Source: the human T2T-CHM13v2.0 reference genome, Homo sapiens. From it: a DNA stretch of 64,000 bases. Made by a program: the position numbers and the translations under genes. The stretch's first letter is position 1. Each line of letters begins with the position of its first letter. This document shows positions 60,441-64,000 of the stretch, one piece after another. The notes under the pieces are model-generated. The model did no database searches. It saw nothing but the letters and a program-made list of their open reading frames with translations, and was not told the origin of the DNA. Where the stretch lies: the NCBI RefSeq assembly GCF_009914755.1, contig NC_060929.1; one strand, 5' to 3'.

Positions 60441-61659
60441 TGGAGGAAATCAACAGCTGTAGGCCAGGCTAAGGAGTGGCTGGTTCCCACCCACTGCAGT
60501 CAGGCCAATGCTCCCTGGCAGGCCTTGATGTGCCCGTCTCCTCAGGCTATGGCTGACTTCTCCTTTCATTTCTCAGGCAAATCCCTGCACATTGTGTGAC
60601 ACAAAGTCTTTCATAAAAGCATTCAGCTCCTAATGAAGTTCACATCGATAAAGAGAATAAAAATAGAAGGTAGAACTTTCCCCTTAGCAATTTGGTTCCA
60701 TTTTATCTCCTGAAAATTGTGCTTATATATGTCATCATAGAATTCAGCATGTAAAAGCACTGCTTTTTATGAACTTTCATTACCGAGTTATATATTTTTC
60801 CTTTAGAAAATAAAAGCATTTCAGATTTTAAAAATATGTAATGTTCTTTTAGCGTCAATATTTATTTAAATCGTTCTTATCTCATTGTGTACTATAGGTA
60901 ATCCTCAAAGCTAGTGAGAAATCTGTTTACACATTTACCTCCTTGGCACCATTGTCCTACATTCCATGTTGATAACTTCCTCAGAATTAGATTGCCACTT
61001 TGGTTTAGCATATTACCTACTGAAGAATCTCAGCAGTGTTAGACTACATTTCTTCTTGGCTTGGGAAACAGCATAAACCTCAACATTTTCTTTCCCAGAT
61101 ATCCAGGTAAAAATTTGGGAGAAAATTAGGTATAAAATCCTAACTAATGTCTTATTGATTCAACTTAATGTGTAATTAGTAGTTACCTTCCTCTGTGCCT
61201 TGTTGTAGTTCTAAACACTGTACTTAGGAGCCTAAATACTTATGGGTGTTACTAGGGAACAGAAAAGCAAGGAGGTGACACATTAATAGACAACTAGAAA
61301 AAAAGAACAACAGTAACTTCTGTGTTTTGTGACATGCGTTATAAAGAATTAGAAACAACTTCCTTCAGCATTCCTTCTAATAGAAAATTAGATGCTAGGC
61401 AAAAGGGCTAGCATACATTAAGTCACAAAGGAAGGACAACACGTGGTACATTGGAGAAACAAATCATAAAATCCTACAGAAGTGATTCTCAAACTGTGTT
61501 CTAAGGATGCTGACAGATACATGGCAAAATGCTTCCTAGATATGTTGGCTTATGTAACTTTGGGGTTAAACATTTTTATTTACAGCGGCCTTCTCAGAGC
61601 ACTTGATATACTCATGTATAGCAAAACTCTAAGAGGAAAAAAAGATTCATCCTTTCACA

Positions 61660-62106
61660 CAATGGCATAAAATAGTAAGGGAAAGTACTAGGAGTGGGGT
61701 ACACTATTGGTGAACCACCCCAATTCCATGTTTCCCTTTGGAGAACTGATCTTGAGTGATTGGATTTGCTTTGCCAGTAAAGAAAAAGAAGGAGATCCCC
61801 CCGACACACACACATCCCCATCACCCCACACTCACACCAATGACTGACTGGTGCCAGAGTATGAGAGTTATGCTCCCTTGCTGACAGTAGCACCAAATGC
61901 AAAGTATAATTTGCACTCTAGTGCTCCCCCTTGGAATCAGACTGAGACTTTCACAACCTGATATTGTACCTTTGCTTTGATTCTTTCCCTTCCCTGTCTT
62001 GCTCTCTGACTCTTTTACTGGATTCTTCTTTGTGCTCTTCCTTAGCACATTCCATGCTGACAAATCCTTCTCTCGGGGTCAGTTCTAGGAATAAAACTTC
62101 AAAGAT
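61660..62106 (+). mobile_element. LTR16-like ERVL LTR
   Basis: cccttccctgtcttgctctc...aaatccttctctcggggtcagttctagga. Confidence 0.45.
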
Positions 62107-62254
62107 ATTCAGGATTATGCTATGGAATGTCCTGAATGACAGACTAAGGGACTAAGGTTTCTCACTGAAATTTCTTGTTTTCTTCTAGATATTTGGCATG
62201 ATTTGGAAATTGGCTTTTTTTTTTTTTGGCAGAATAGAATCTAAATGGAAGGAG

Positions 62255-62777
62255 CCAAGCCCCTAACACTTGTGGGGTGTGAGGCAAGAGTATAAATAAA
62301 ACCTGTAAAATAAAGCTAAAAACTCTTAAGTGTTGTATTATCTATTCTCCTATCTTTTAAATAATTATCCAATATTGCAAATTTGTCCACATTTGCTAAT
62401 TCATGGTCCCTTCAGAAATTGTAATTCAATTTGTGATTTGAAAATACAAAGATAAGCAAAAAAAAAAAAAAAAAATGAATGCTTGTTTCAACTGGGAGAC
62501 AATAATTTGTCATGCAAGAACTTTATTTTTTCTTCTTACCCTAGGTAACCGTCACTCATATCCTTCCACATTCTGAAAGAATGTTTGACTGTCAGCTACC
62601 ACTCACAAACTTTCATGTCATTTGGATAGTTACTTTTTATATTTTTTTAAGGCAAAAGAGCATTTTTTGGGTCCTAAAATGTGTTTAATAGGAGAGCAGA
62701 TGTGAGTTGTGCTGTCTCAGTACTGAATGTTTGACCCCAACAGCTGATGTGCCTGTGTTCCTTAATAAATTGTGTGT

Positions 62778-62808
<31 letters not shown>

Positions 62809-62882
62809 GTGTGTCTATAAACCTTAGGGGCTTCTAAAATTTAGGGCTAGTGCTGCATTCGCCCAGGCCTAAGAACTGTAAT
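62255..62882. mobile_element. MER115/Zaphod-like hAT relic containing a (GT)n tract (62772-62814)
   Basis: gcccctaa...ggcaagagtataaat at the left end and gcccaggcctaag at the right end; family name is from recall. Confidence 0.4.
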
Positions 62883-64000
62883 AAACTGAAAAGTGCTGTT
62901 TTGACAACTTTATTTGATGAACACCATGTCAATAGAAAAATATGTTGAAACAGTTTTGTTTGGTGGTTTTAAAAATAGAAATTTATAGATAAAAGAATAA
63001 AGATAAGATGGTATTAAGATATGAATGATATGCATGGTTCTGAAGTTAAAATATACTTTACCTTTACATTTACACATTTTTCTCTTTCCTATGAAACTTA
63101 ACATTGAAATACATTCCAGAATACATAAGCCACACCACACCTAATTTCACTAAACCTATATTTACACATTGCAAATGTTTTCCTTTTGTCTTCTTTGAAT
63201 TTATTAAAGAAGACATCATATAATGCCAGTAGACCATTGTTAGCTAGTGGTATTGAAAACCAGAATTTCAAAAGTATTCTTCTAGAGACATTTATAATGA
63301 AGAGTGGTCAGGTTTAGTAATCCACAGTAAGATTAAGCTAGTGCCCCTTAAAGGACATGTTTTATTCTAGTAAAATCATAATTTCTAGCAATATAGAATA
63401 CAACTTCCATGTTCTAATCTAAAAATGAAGGCATATGGTAGAGCAGAAAGAGAGTATGATAAGGAGTTAGGAGTCATGAACTGTGGCCCTGGGAGAGTTA
63501 GTAAATCACTTAACTATGACATTAACCCAGACACTTAATATCTCCTGTTTGGTAGGACCACCTCACAAATGCATCTATTGTTGCATTGAATTTTGATAGC
63601 GTATACTCAATATTTGTTGAAAAAAAGAATGATCAAATTAGTCTATTTGGATCTCTGCTTCCAGAAATATAGAAGATACTACTACTACTGAACGCTCTGT
63701 TGTGTTTGTGTACGTTTGATTCTGGATTGAAAATGATTCAGTAAAGATAGAACCTCATTATATTGTTCCCTCTAACATTTTGAGATGGTTTATACCTCTT
63801 TCAGTTTTCTAAACCAGCAGGTATCTAGACCCTAAAAAACTACCTGCAGTGTAATGGTTAATGGTAACTTGAGTGGGATGTGATAATAGAATCCTAGGTA
63901 ATTAATCTGTACTTCCTTTACTATTTCTCAAATTTTTGTTACACTGCAATGCATTTACACTCCTGATTCAGAACTTCAAGTTCTACTCCTACTGTGAAGA

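Overview
This is AT-rich, CpG-depleted primate (very probably human) intergenic or intronic DNA. I can support no cellular protein-coding exon, tRNA/rRNA gene or CRISPR array. Every ORF with a recognisable translation comes from L1, HERV-W or Alu. The window holds a full-length but dead L1PA with an internal antisense L1, an AluY and a deletion; a young truncated L1PA2/3; about 8 Alus/monomers; many MaLR/ERVL LTRs, including one apparent two-LTR MLT1 provirus; and MIR, L2 and DNA-transposon relics. The strongest unusual observation is at 2271-3748: a 5'-truncated HERV-W fragment with a complete LTR17 (including U5), about 280 bp of foreign flank and an A-rich tail, all inside a 17-bp target-site duplication. 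This looks like an L1-mobilised HERV-W read-through transcript carrying a 3' transduction. Other items are a likely Alu-mediated deletion inside the L1, a ~196-bp non-TE local duplication, a nested inverted-repeat knot at 32.4 kb, and a TE-poor block (21-29 kb) with clustered homeodomain/RFX motifs that look like developmental enhancers. Subfamily names come from recalled consensus sequences, not from a RepeatMasker run, and boundaries of old repeats are approximate. I found no evidence for a wholly new gene system.
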